Assembly (NCBI GenBank): GCA_964016885.1
Contig: OZ024740.1
Span: forward strand, 116,498,001-116,562,000
From: Eledone cirrhosa
Taxonomy: Eukaryota
DNA: 64,000 nt
Direction: 5' to 3'
The notes under the pieces were generated by a model that saw only the letters and a list, made by a program, of their open reading frames with translations, was not told the origin of the DNA and did no database searches. Below, in pieces: positions 40,289 through 51,300 of this stretch. The translations under genes and the position numbers were made by a program. Every line of letters begins with the position of its first letter. Within the stretch, counting starts at the first letter, position 1.

Positions 40289-42181
40289 TGTGCATTACTG
40301 GTACTTTATTTTATCAACCCTGTAAGGATGAAAGGCAAAGCTAACCTTGGCGGGATTTGAACCCAGAATGTAAAGGGCCGCAACTCTATGCTGCAAAGCA
40401 TGGCGTCCGACCTCTACCGATACTGCCAATCCACCGCCCTACAAGTGTAATAATGATAATAATGAAAATTATTGTGTACAGTGCTCAGGTGCACTACAAC
40501 TCCTGACCTTTGCTTAAGAAAACATATCTGTAAATTTCATTTTGATCAGAAGGGCAGTGGATTGACAGAATCAGTGGGGTGTCGGAAACGTTTTATGGCA
40601 TATAGTTACGGCCCTTTGTGTTCTGAGGTCAAATCTCACCAAGTTTAGCTTTCCTTATGGGGTCGATGAAATAAAATACCAGAAACACACTGGGATCAAT
40701 TTAATCGACTTTCTCCTCCCTCCAAAATTGTTGGCCTTGTGCCTAAATCAGAAACTATTATAATTATGGTCATTTGTGTTGGGATATACATTTTGAATAT
40801 TAATATATCCATTTTTCTATGCTGCTATTGTTGGGCAAAACTGTTTGATGCAATGTTTTACAGCTGGATACCATTTTAGTTGCCTCTTATGACATGCAGG
40901 GATACAGTATACTTATTCTAAATGATACACATAGTTACAGATACACTTGGTTACGTATTTACACAGTTTACTTTTCTTCATCTTTTCATAAATATATATT
41001 TCTTTTTCTTTTTGAAACAGTTACATTTAGTTCTTTTAGTCCATTCATGTTTTAAAAGATTATTTGGACATATCTGTCATTTAAGATATAACAGAAAGCA
41101 AACTTTTTCATGACAAATTGCTGTTTGAAGCTGTTTTGAAAATTCTTTAGTTCAAAATAACTGCTATGTCAAGATGAGCAGTCTGTTGAGCATTTTAAAG
41201 CTATATTGTTCTCTCTCTCTTTCTCCCTCCTCCATCTGAAATATATTAGAACAAATGCCAGGTACTCATTCATGGTAAACATACTTTTGTAAAGCTTCAT
41301 GTATATCCATGTTGGTGTTAGGAAGGGCATCCAGCTGTAGAAAACCTGCCAGAGACAGTTCTGTACAAGCAAAACACGATCTCCTGACCAATCCCGCATC
41401 AAATGGAACAAAATCGTCTAACCCATGCTAGCATGGAAGATGGACGTTAAATGATGATGACTAGAGGTCCAGCTTTTATTAAATGCTATATTAAATTTAG
41501 TTAAGTGTGGTTTTAGGGTTAGTAGTAGTAGTAGTAGTAGCAGCAGTTGATATTGTTTAGCCACAGGTCGGCATACTAGTTGCCACTATCCTACCTTTTT
41601 TCTTCACAGACTATCTAGAACCACATTACTCTTTTTAAAACTGATTCCACAGAAGAATGTCTTTGGATATTGAAACAGAATGTGTGTCTTTAAGAGGTCT
41701 TTATCTTCTATTATAATTCCAACAACTAGGAGATTTTATCATCATCATTGCAACCACAGTTGAACGTTTCTGACAAAGTCTCTCCACTATTCATGATTTT
41801 CCATTGCGTCTGGCAACTGATCCCTACTGAGAGTTGTATTGTCTGAGAGTTGATTGATGAAGGTTTGAACAGGTCTTCCTCTACTATGTCTCCTGTGAAT
41901 TTGTCCCCACAATAGTAGCTTGTATATAACTTTCCCCTAAACACAGAATAGATCAAACAGAATAGATCAACTGTCTCACAAACATTGACAGTAGCACCCA
42001 CTTATGAACCTCTGCTTTATAGCACTGTTAAATAGGCTCCAATACTTGACTGCTACTTTATCAACTTCCAAAAGTAAGCCAGGGTGGTTTGTTTAGCTAT
42101 TGAGTTTATTTTGGTTTTAATGATATTTAAATATTTTCTTTTATTTAATTATTTATTGATTATTTTTTTTTTTTTTTGCAG

Positions 42182-42315
42182 CTGATCCTAATTTTTACAG
42201 TATGAATTTAGCTATGCTTGGCAAAACATTGGTACGCATGAATGAAAATGATGACGCTCGCATGTATCTGAACAAGGTTTCGAGTTATGCGATACGAACT
42301 GTTGATGACAAAAAG
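42182..42315 (+). CDS. RMDN1: RMDN1 coding exon (134 nt)
   Basis: poly-T gcag acceptor and gtaatg donor. Encodes (T)DPNFYSMNLAMLGKTLVRMNENDDARMYLNKVSSYAIRTVDDKK. Confidence 0.93.
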
Positions 42316-43390
42316 GTAATGGCTCTGCATGTTCATTTTAAAAAACTAAGTTAAATTAGTTGAAGCTAGTCAAAGTGCTGTGTTGTACCTTTAAGAGATG
42401 CACTTAACTCCTCCCTATGACCCAAGCTGTCTGGCTTTATATAGGTGTCTTGAAGCAATGTAGTTCTTTATTTCTTTATGGTAAGCAGTTTTAACGCAAA
42501 GTATTTATGTTATGTCGTTGGAGCCTCCGACATATACTTTGCGGTATTTGTTATGGCTCTGTACGGATTCTTCAAATCCTGATGAGGTCAATTTTGCCTT
42601 TAATTTTTCTCGTGTTGATAAAATAAAGTACTAGTTAATCGACTTTCCTCTTCTCCCAAATTGCTAGCCTTGTGTCAATGCTAGAAAGACTAATTGAATT
42701 CAAATCGATCCAAGGGAAACTACTCTTTTCATGAATCTTCCCTAAAGGTAAAATTTTCTACATCTTGTCTCAATAGGTTGTGGATATTATATTCTTTTAC
42801 AAAGTTAAAAGAAGAAATAGATACAGAATGTAAATATGTAGAGATAAATGCAGGAAATTGAGAGGGTAACTATATGGATTGGCAGAAATATATATAAATA
42901 ATCAGGAGTTATGAAAGATAAATTTTGAAGTACCCAGTAATATAACAGCTGTGCAATAAACACACAAGCTCTTTTACCAATTTAAGTGGGATCAGTGATA
43001 CTATCAAGCCAACTAGGCACACACTTCAGAGAGAGACATAATTAAACCGTGTATTATTAAATTAAATATATAATTTCCTGTAATCAATAAATTAATTACT
43101 AAACATCTTTGCCCTGTAGCAGTATTATGGAAATATCCAAATCAGTGGAGAGGGTCATGTGGTGTTATAACCTATAACATAATTTGGCATGGGTGAGTGT
43201 GGGCTGTGTAGTAGAAAATACGGGCTTAGTATTTTTTTTATTATGTATGTCAATTAAGAATTATTTTATTTGACAGAATTGGCTGTATATTGTATGACTA
43301 GCCTATTGCAGTCAAGTGATGGTCTTGAATCTAAAAATAATAATGAAAATATGAGATGAGAATAATAATTATATTTCTTTTTTCTTTCAG

Positions 43391-43438
43391 GCTCATGAAG
43401 AGGCTGCATCGTTGTTAAAAAAAATTGGAAATAAATAG
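43391..43438 (+). CDS. RMDN1: RMDN1 last coding exon
   Basis: tttcag acceptor. Encodes AHEEAASLLKKIGNK*, resembling the RMDN1 C-terminus (EAAxLL). Confidence 0.88.
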   Translation, partial: AHEEAASLLKKIGNK

Positions 43439-43915
43439 GCACATTTGTTTTAAACATAAAATCATCACATCAAATTCTTAGACTCTTATCATAATTATCA
43501 CACAAAATTTGAAACATTGGACTGCTAATTTCTTCAGATGTTATCAAGTCATTTTTACTGACTTGATGTCGAACAAATAGTCAAATTTACATCATACATT
43601 TTACATGTATATCGATACCAAATTGGTACTAAGGAAACATTAAATTCCTTTGAGACTTTATTATTATTATTTCAAGGCCAACCTGGTGTTGAGCAGATGT
43701 TTACTTTTCCCCCGCCCTACAAAAAAAAATTATTCCTACATCAAACGGAAATGAAATTAAAACTCTTTATTCCTCTTAATATTATCAAAAATATACAAAC
43801 AAACATGATTAAAATATTGTTAACAGGTAAGAATGTTGTTCACACCTTACTGGAATTGGAATTTCATATTTTACATGGAATTTGAATAATTTAAGTAAAG
43901 TGTTTACTTCTTCTG

Positions 43916-43921
43916 AATAAA
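43916..43921 (+). terminator. Candidate polyadenylation signal of RMDN1
   Basis: AATAAA about 480 nt after the stop codon, followed by T/GT-rich sequence. Confidence 0.4.
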
Positions 43922-44037
43922 TTATTTACCCAACTTCATAGTTTGATTGCAGATTATATCTTGTTATATTGATTTAATATCATGTTGTATTGATTTAATA
44001 TCTGATTGGCTCGTTTACGGCCTTTATTTGCAATTGA

Positions 44038-44381
44038 GGCACATGGCTTAGTGGTTAGAGCATTGGCCTTGCAATCGAAAGGTTGTGAGTTCAATTCTCA
44101 GACCGGGTGATGTGTTGTTTTCTTGAGCAAGACACTTTATTTCACATTGCTCCAGTTTACTCAGCTGTAGAAATGAGATGATAGGGACTGGAGTCCATAT
44201 CATTCCACTGCAAAGTGGTCATGGAGGTGCCATGGCAAAAAAGCACCCAGCACTCACTGTAAATGAGGTTGGTGTTAGGAAGGGCATCCAGCTGTAGAAA
44301 TCAAGCCAGAATCAGTTCCCGTCCCACCCTTGCATGCAGGGAAAAGCGGACGTAAACTGAAAATGATGAAAATGATGATGA
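44038..44381 (+). mobile_element. Same SINE family
   Basis: Near-identical to 33207-33539. Confidence 0.85.
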
Positions 44382-45344
44382 GGATAATTTAGTACCATGC
44401 TTTCACCAATGGTTTTAGATGCTCATGTAATCACAAGCAGATGCACTCTCTCCTTTCACCCAGCATAGCCTTAGTCATGATGTCTAAAACAAATTAAAAC
44501 TAAACAAAACTCAAAATATTCATGGCAGAAGTTATAGTTTAAATACAACAAAACACACGCAGGGTATATTGGCGAAGACGTATAAAAAAGCTGAAGTCAT
44601 AATCTAAACTATAATAAAGAAAGGTCTGCGGACTGCGTACAGTTTATTTCTTTTAATCCAGTGAGTAAAATAAGTTGGATTACTTTGAATAAATAATGAA
44701 TGAATATTACATAATTTATGTACTAAATTTCGTAAACATAAATAATTTCGTAAAAATAAATAATTTAAAATTGACCTCTTTTCATAGTTGCACTTCCGGT
44801 ATATCGTCGCCATCACCACCACTTCAACTACCATATATATATATAGAGAGAGTGTGATGAGAGAGATAGAGAGATTATGATTTTTTACACGACGCGTATG
44901 AGTGTGCACATACATACATCTATATGTATGAGTATATAATTATAATACACCCTCACGGACATAATTCACACAAATACACATACATTGACACATACTTTCA
45001 CACAAACATACATACATTCACACATACATTTACACAAACACACACACAGTTATGATAGCAGCGTTCGGTGAAATTGGAAATGAGAGGGTAAAAGAGGTAT
45101 AACGTTTTATTTATTTATTAACTCTTTTTTTTAAAAACTCAGTTGCTATAATGGTTACAGAACGAAAACACTAACAAATAAAATATATACAAAGGAAAGG
45201 GAAAGGAAAAAAAGAAAGAGAAAAAATACACAAGCAGGTAATACACACATCTTAGACCACAGAACAATATGCAGGCGAAAGATTGGAAAAGCCAGCTGCT
45301 ACCAGAGCAAAAGATAGCAATATAGCGAGGAGCACTGGGAAACC

Positions 45345-45790
45345 TCTCTAATAATTTTTGAGGCAGGCCAGCACACCCGCAGCGTTGCCTGGGGTGATGG
45401 CGAGGCTGATGTGCTGGAACAAGCAAGTGCCCTCACAAGCATCACCAGTTACCTCTGTTTGGTGAGCCGCCAGTGAAGATAAGAATCTTGCTGTCAGTAG
45501 CCCGACTCCCTCGAACGCCACAGGCTGGATAATGTAGTTAGCTGACAGTACACGGTATTTTAGGATTTTGTTCTGTTCAGCTGCGGATGCTGTAGCTCTC
45601 GCCCTTACCGCTGCATCCAGAATGTGGGAAGAAGCAAAAGAGTCACTAAACTGTGACATCCCAGCTAAGGCACCTGCCTCTTGACCAGGAGCACAGAGTA
45701 AGACCGACAAGTCTTTACCCTTCAATTCAGGAAAACCCAGACGGTTCCAAAATTGAGGCGATATTTGCCCGTGCCAAAGCTCTTGAGTGG
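45345..45790 (-). mobile_element. CRE-clade non-LTR retrotransposon remnant (restriction-like endonuclease domain)
   Basis: Translation across stops and a frameshift gives RALARANIASILEPSG...GLTLCSWSRGRCLSWDVT / DSFASSH...AEQNKILKY...PVAFE...LFQHISLAITPGNAAGVL. Confidence 0.75.
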
Positions 45791-45989
45791 TAATAGGACA
45801 GTGTGAGTATGTGTGCGCACGTAAGTTTGTCGGTGTTCTTAAATTAGAGACACGTGTGTGTGTGTGTCACTGTTTTTAAATTAGACATATATATGTGTAT
45901 CCCTTTCCTTCCTTTTACACACACATACATTCGCACAAACACACATACACATTGCGTGATGAACGGGTGGACAGAAATCCCTCAAATTT

Positions 45990-46735
45990 ATATACATGTG
46001 AATGGAGTTCTACTGAAGCAGTTAGAGAAGTTCAAGTATCTTGGAGCCGTGTTCATGAGTGATGGAATGCAGGAGGCTGAATTAAGTGCAAGAATTGCAA
46101 AAGCTGATGCAGTAATGCGCCAGCCTCAGCAATCAGAAGGGGGGAGGTCAGTGTAAAAGCCAAACTCGTCTTCCTGGTATTCCTGCCAACTCTTACCGAG
46201 GATCATGAATCTTGAGTAATGACCAAAAGAATACAATTGCAAATAAAAGTGGCAGAAATGGGATTAGTCGATAAAGTGCATAACTCAAAGACCAGAGAGC
46301 CACTACTTCTCTGAATTGAGAGATCACAACTCCGATATTATGACACACGACCGTGACCTCTGGCATCACGCAGTAATACAGAGTACCCGACCTCCCATGG
46401 GTACAAGCTGAAGCATATAGACAATATGCCCTCACACTGCAAAGTGGTCGTGGGGATGCCACGGCAAAAAAGCACCCAGCCCACACTGTAAAGTGGACGT
46501 GTAGGCGCCATGGAAAAAAGCACCCAGCACTCACTGTAAATGAGGTTGGTGTTAGGAAGGGCATCCAGCTGTAGAAATTAAGCCAAAATCAGTTCCTGTA
46601 TGAGCAAGGCATGGTCAGTTGACCAGACACTGCCCACAACAGGACAACCCGTCTAACCCATGTTAGCATGGAAGAACGGACATAAAACGATGATGATGGT
46701 TAGAATGTCTCAGTAAAGAATCGCTGGACACATAA
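45990..46735 (+). mobile_element. Expander-like RTE fragment split by a younger RTE tail
   Basis: KQLEKFKYLGAVFMSDG matches 14160-14240. The frame IERSQLRYY|..VRMSQ continues across the insertion. Confidence 0.75.
46339..46697 (+). mobile_element. RTE LINE 3' end (same subfamily as 3432-4622)
   Basis: Near-identical to 4252-4620. Confidence 0.88.
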
Positions 46736-46799
46736 TAATCACTTTACCCACAATAATTATTTATGTGTCCAGCGATTCTTTACTGAGACATTCTAACCA
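46697..46799. repeat. Perfect 39-bp inverted repeat with a 25-nt loop
   Basis: TGGTTAGAATGTCTCAGTAAAGAATCGCTGGACACATAA and its exact reverse complement at 46761-46799. Confidence 0.95.
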
Positions 46800-47479
46800 C
46801 ATGCTCATAATATTGGAGTTACAATAATTATTTTACTCACTACTATACCCACAATAATCATTTTACCCACCACTTTACCCACAATAATTATTTTACCTAC
46901 CATATAATTATTGCGGGTAAAGGGTTGGTAAAATGATTATGGTAGGTAAAATAATTAATGTGGGTAAAAAACGGACCCCCCCCCCTCAAATACAAAACGG
47001 ATTATTGTGGGTAAATGGTGGGTAAAATAATTATGGTGGGTAGTGGTAGATAAAATAATTATGGTGGGTAAAATAATATTTAAAGTAAAGTGGTGGGTAA
47101 AATGATTATTGTGGGTAGGTGGTGGTTAAAATGATTATTGTGGATAGTGGTAGGAAAAATAATTAATGTGGGTAAAATAATAATTGTGGGTAGGTAAAAT
47201 GATTTTGTGGGTAATGTGGTAGGTAAAGTGGCGGGTGAAATGAAGAAAGGGAGAAAGAGGGTAATAAGTGGAGTAAAGGGGGATAGGGAAAGAATGAGTT
47301 GGAAGAGGCAGAAGTGGAAGAAGGGGAGGAGAAACATCAAGGGAAGGAACGAGGGAAAAGAGGAGGGAAGACAGCAGGTTAAAGAAATAGGGAAAGAGAG
47401 GTTAAAAATTGGGAAAAAGTAGGGAAGAGGGGTAAAGAGGGATACGAAGTGTGGGAAAGAGGCGGAAAAGGGTGTAATG

Positions 47480-47952
47480 AGGGAGGATCAACACCACAAG
47501 GTCAACCACAAGATAAGGAGGTCACATAAAGTGATGTGTTTCTTTCACAAGAAATTTGAAGCAAAAGATACCAAGTAACCATGTAACTTCAATAGCTCTT
47601 CATCATCGACTCCGGGAGAAACTCTAGGACCAACCACCAATAAACACCCTGGTGGTCGGCAAACATAATCAACTGTCCGCCAGTCAGATTCTTAATCGAC
47701 ACAGAAGTAGAAGTCAGTGTCATCCCGGCATCTGTAAACGACCTCCGTTATAGAGAGGGGAGTCAGTGGTAGCTGCCAATGATTCTACAATCAAAGCTTA
47801 CAGATACCGTACTCTCTCCCTCCACAGAGGCTCACAGTAATATACATGGACATTCACCGTCGCTGATGCCCAAGAGCCTATCATTGGGGCAGACTTCCTT
47901 CGGGCTCACTCACTGCTGGACGATGATCAGGGGAGACGACTCGTAACGATAA
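47480..47952 (+). mobile_element. Ty3/Gypsy gag-protease remnant
   Basis: CFFHKKF...*PCNF (gag knuckle), FLIDTEVEVSVIP (decayed DTG motif), AANDSTIKAY and WTFTVADAQEPIIGADFL. Confidence 0.8.
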
Positions 47953-48288
47953 TTATACAATCAGACACGAACAAAAACAAATAATTGTTTCTACTTTTGG
48001 CACAAGGCCAGCAATTATCCCCATTGCATTACTGGTACTTTATTTTATCGACCCCGTAAGGATGAAAGGCAAAGTTAACCTCGGCAAAAAAAATAATGAC
48101 ATATGTTTAAACAAGGGAAGTAACTTTCAATCCTTTGAATCTGACGACGAGTATTCCAGTTGCTCTGTCAACAGAACAGCCTGCGAGTGAAATTAACTTG
48201 CAAATGACTGAGCGTTCCCCAAACACGTACACCTTTTAAAACAGTTTTCAGAGATATTCAGCATGACATAGTGTGAGATAGGGCTGGC

Positions 48289-48371
48289 GGTAAACGTCTA
48301 GAATAACGAACCGATGTAAGGGATGTAATTTGAAAAAAAAATTCTTTTCGAAATGAGTGAATGTAATGAAA

Positions 48372-48466
<95 letters not shown>

Positions 48467-48875
48467 ACATATTTCATAGGGTTTAATGAAAGAACATTTT
48501 AGAAATCAGTGTTTTTACGTTAGAAATTAGTGTTTAATGAAAGCAAAGAGTTACTTACAAATCATAACAAGAGTCACACATAAAATTGCTGAATACAAAT
48601 CACCAGGCGCCGAAACTTCGTCGATCCAAATGATGAAACTGCTCACACCCAGAACATCATACATTTGTTGAATACAAATCAACAGGTGCCCAAAGACTTT
48701 AGTCTTAAATAGGTTGTGCCACATGAATTCATGTATAAATGATTCGAACAGTTCGCTACTGGTCCCATATTTCCTTCTTTGCTTCTGCTTCGCACGCATC
48801 CACAAATTTTCGATGTTCTGGGGGTGAACATCAATTTACGTCACTGAAATCGGTTCGTTATTCTATATGTTTACC
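48289..48875 (-). mobile_element. Merlin (IS1016/ISXO2-like) non-autonomous DNA transposon
   Basis: 27-bp TIRs starting GG with 2 mismatches, an 8-bp TSD (gggctggc/aggctggc), and the transposase C-terminal remnant DVHPQNIENLWMRAKQKQRRKYGTSSELFESFIHEFMW. Confidence 0.85.
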
Positions 48876-49159
48876 AGGCTGGCCCTTTGACTTAATAAAA
48901 ATATGAAAATTATTGTGTACAACTAATGAAAAGGGTATGAGTCATGACACACACAGCCAAACACGTATGGAGGGAGAATATCAGGTATACGTACAACTCA
49001 TTTATTGCCAGCTGGGTGGACTGGAACAACATGAAATAAAGTGTATTGCTCATGGACACAACATGCCACCAGGAATTGAACTCACAAGTCAAACGCACTA
49101 ACCACGAAGCCACTCACCTTCATGACATATAACCATTCTGTCGAGGTTTAACTTTCCTT

Positions 49160-51300
49160 TCACCAGTGACCTGAGAGTAAGATCTAATTGGACCAAGAGA
49201 CAAGAGCCAGTCTGGAGAAGGAGAGGTACATAATTAACTACAGGAGAGGTACATAGTTAAGAATAAACCACTGTATTTAGCATTTGTAGATCTGAAGAAG
49301 GCCTTTGACAGCGTCCCACTCTTTAATCTGGTGGGTACTTAGAAAGATAAGTGTAGGCATATGGCTTGTGATGGCTGTGCAGGGCATATATAAAGGAGCG
49401 ACTAGCAAAGTGATAGTTGGTAATGAGTAGTGATGAATTTGAAGTGCAGGTGTATGTGTGTGTGGAGAGGGGGGGGGGTCCATTAGGACTCAGTCTTTAG
49501 TCCACTTTTATTTATCAATGCAATTTAGGCCTTCACTGAGGAGTTTAAAACTGGCACTCGATATACTGATGATCTATTCCTCATAGCTGAATCTGTAGGA
49601 GAGTTAGAGGTAAAATTTCAAGCCTGGAAGAAGAACCTAAAGCTAAAAGGCCTAAAAATAAACTTAGCAAAAATAAACTTAATAAGTAGGAAAGAGGACA
49701 TGAAGGTAATACCATCAGGGATATGTCAGAAAGGAGTGGGCAGAAATTTCATAAGGTGCATACAGTGTAATTTATGGAAACAAGATGTGGGATTGCAAGC
49801 AAGCTAACGGAAAAGATAGACTTTGTATTTGGCAGATGCACAGAAGTAAGTACCAAGAGCAATGTGAAACAAATACATTCAGTTTCTAGAGAGGCTTCTT
49901 AGAAGTAGTTGACAGCTTTTGATACCTAGGTGACCAAATTAGCAGTGGGGGATGATGCTCTGAATGTGTGATAGTTAGGATAAGAACAGTCTGGAAAAAG
50001 TGTCCTCTACAGATAACAAAGAGCTTTTCTCTCAGAGTAAAAGGTAGACTGTATAATGCCTGTGTGCAAACTGCAATGCTACCTGGCAGTAAAACATGGG
50101 CCTTTACAGCAGAAGATTTGTGGCAACTAGAAAGAAATGAGTTGAGTATGCTCCAATGGATGTGTAATAGTGTGCATGAGCGACATAATGTAAGCAGAGA
50201 AAAACTTAATATAAGAGGAATTGGATGTAGTGTGCAAGAGATAAGACTATTGGTATGGACATGTGATGCATATCAATGTTAGCAGCTGCATAAAGAAATG
50301 CAAAGAAACCCCAGTGACTGAGACCCTTGGAAGAGGCAGACTCAGGAAGACTAGGGACAAAGTTGTGAAGACCAACCTTAAAAAAACTAAACCTCACAAC
50401 GGAGATGATACAGGACTGCAAGGGTTGGCACTATGTTGTGCATATGAAGAATTGAACAACAGCATGACCTGACTTATCACCCCCCCCCCCCCTAGCAGTT
50501 ATCCCTACCATCAATACACCCCCCCATGCAATCCATGCCTCTCCAGTATTCACTCCTTAGCTGCTGCCCATCTAAAGCCCTTACATACCATCACTTAAGT
50601 AGCTGCTCTTTTCACCCCTATGTACCCCATCCATGTCACCTCCACTATCACTCTAGCTATTCTCTCCATCACTACACTCCCTCTTACCAGCAATAGTGAG
50701 GGCCGTCCCTCCACAACTATTTCTGCTTTGGTGTTCTCAGCACCACATCCCCTTCCCACTATGCTATCAAATGTCACCCCTTTCCTACTCATTACCTTGT
50801 CAAATCAGACCACACTTGTCACATCATATTTATCTCCCTTGTATCACTCCTCTCACAACAAAGCAGTGAGGGCTCTTCTATTGGGACAAGGACCATCAAC
50901 CTTTCTAACGTTGGTGCCACGAAAAAGCAGGAAGGGCACCCCACTGTAGAAACATGCCTAAAAAGAATTGAGAGGATCCTTCATTTGTGTCACCGCATGA
51001 CAACTTCTTTAGTGTTGATGATCTACATGATTAATGCACTCAGTATACACTGTAAAGTGGTTGGTGAAAGGAAGGGCATAGAAGTGTAGAAAGCTTGCCA
51101 AATAAAGGGTTGGGAGGATTCTTCAGTTGTGTCAAAGACATGACAACCCCTTTTGTGTATTCAGGAAAATGAGAGTGAGATGCTGACACTCCAGCTTATC
51201 AGAAAGGTCTGTAACCTTGCTTCTGTACTGATTTGATCTATGTAAACCCAACCAAACCTTGATAGCAGACGTTAAACAATGATGATAATGATGGTGATGA
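49160..51300 (+). mobile_element. Degenerate RTE LINE with tandem 3' UTR modules
   Basis: Frameshifted RT remnants (FVDLKKAFD, YTDDL, decayed PHD region, KGRLYNACV), a pyrimidine-rich 3' UTR and a GAT tail. Confidence 0.85.

Noticed and set aside
43430-43435. AATAAA at the RMDN1 stop
   Set aside because: It overlaps the Asn-Lys codons and is probably coincidental in AT-rich coding sequence.
44560-44830. ETS (cacttccgg) plus YY1-like (cgccat) promoter motif
   Set aside because: No associated exon was found. The short motifs may be chance matches or the ends of a small repeat.
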